A stretch of DNA of 63,295 nucleotides, the filler included, from Octopus bimaculoides (taxonomy: Eukaryota): assembly GCF_001194135.2 (NCBI RefSeq). It is 8 parts of 5 records of this genome, joined end to end, with 100 filler letters (N's around TTAATTAATTAA, not from the genome) between each part and the next. Parts side by side here need not be neighbours in the genome. Positions count along the whole stretch, not along the records: positions 61,978 to 63,295 come from NC_068981.1; 7 more parts are not named here. One strand, written 5' to 3'. How positions within the stretch are numbered: position 1 is the stretch's first letter; every line of letters begins with the position of its first letter. A program made the position numbers and the translations under genes. Positions 63,215 through 63,295 of this stretch are shown here, in pieces. The notes under the pieces were generated by a model. The model did not search any database. It was not told the DNA's origin and saw only the letters and a program-made list of their open reading frames with translations.

Positions 63215-63295
63215 GAGACAGAGAGACAGAGAGACAGAGTGACAGATATACAAACAGACAGGCAGACAGATAGGCAGAAAGATAGGCAGAAAGAT

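Overview
Eukaryotic, repeat-saturated DNA with no prokaryotic operons, CRISPR, rRNA or intact tRNA genes. The microsatellite density and tRNA-derived SINEs point to an octopus/cephalopod genome (inference). Seven identical 100-bp spacers (44 N + TTAATTAATTAA + 44 N) split the window into eight pieces whose adjacency is not proven. Only one convincing host exon is visible: a von Willebrand A domain exon at 35178-35619 (+). The rest is a layered record of transposons. Retroelements: Penelope-like elements (PLEs) of several families with hammerhead-ribozyme (HHR) ends, a CRE-clade LINE, R4/Dong-like RLE LINEs, RTE/BovB LINEs, a Tx1/L1 fragment, Gypsy gag and integrase pieces, and several SINE families with clean target-site duplications. 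DNA elements: a deleted Helitron, mariner/Tc1/maT remnants and MITEs. The most unusual signals are: (1) a ~410-nt rod-like fold-back at 92-504 whose arm mismatches are mostly transitions, about 390 bp upstream of a type I HHR; (2) a 243-bp TSD-flanked, self-inverted HHR mini-element; (3) an in-frame TGA at a conserved Cys of a PLE linker (possible selenocysteine); (4) a perfect 139-bp inverted duplication inside a decayed CRE LINE; (5) a Gypsy 5' end with two tRNA-Ser primer-binding sites and a 20-bp collapsed LTR. Family assignments come from motif recognition by eye; no database searches were run.
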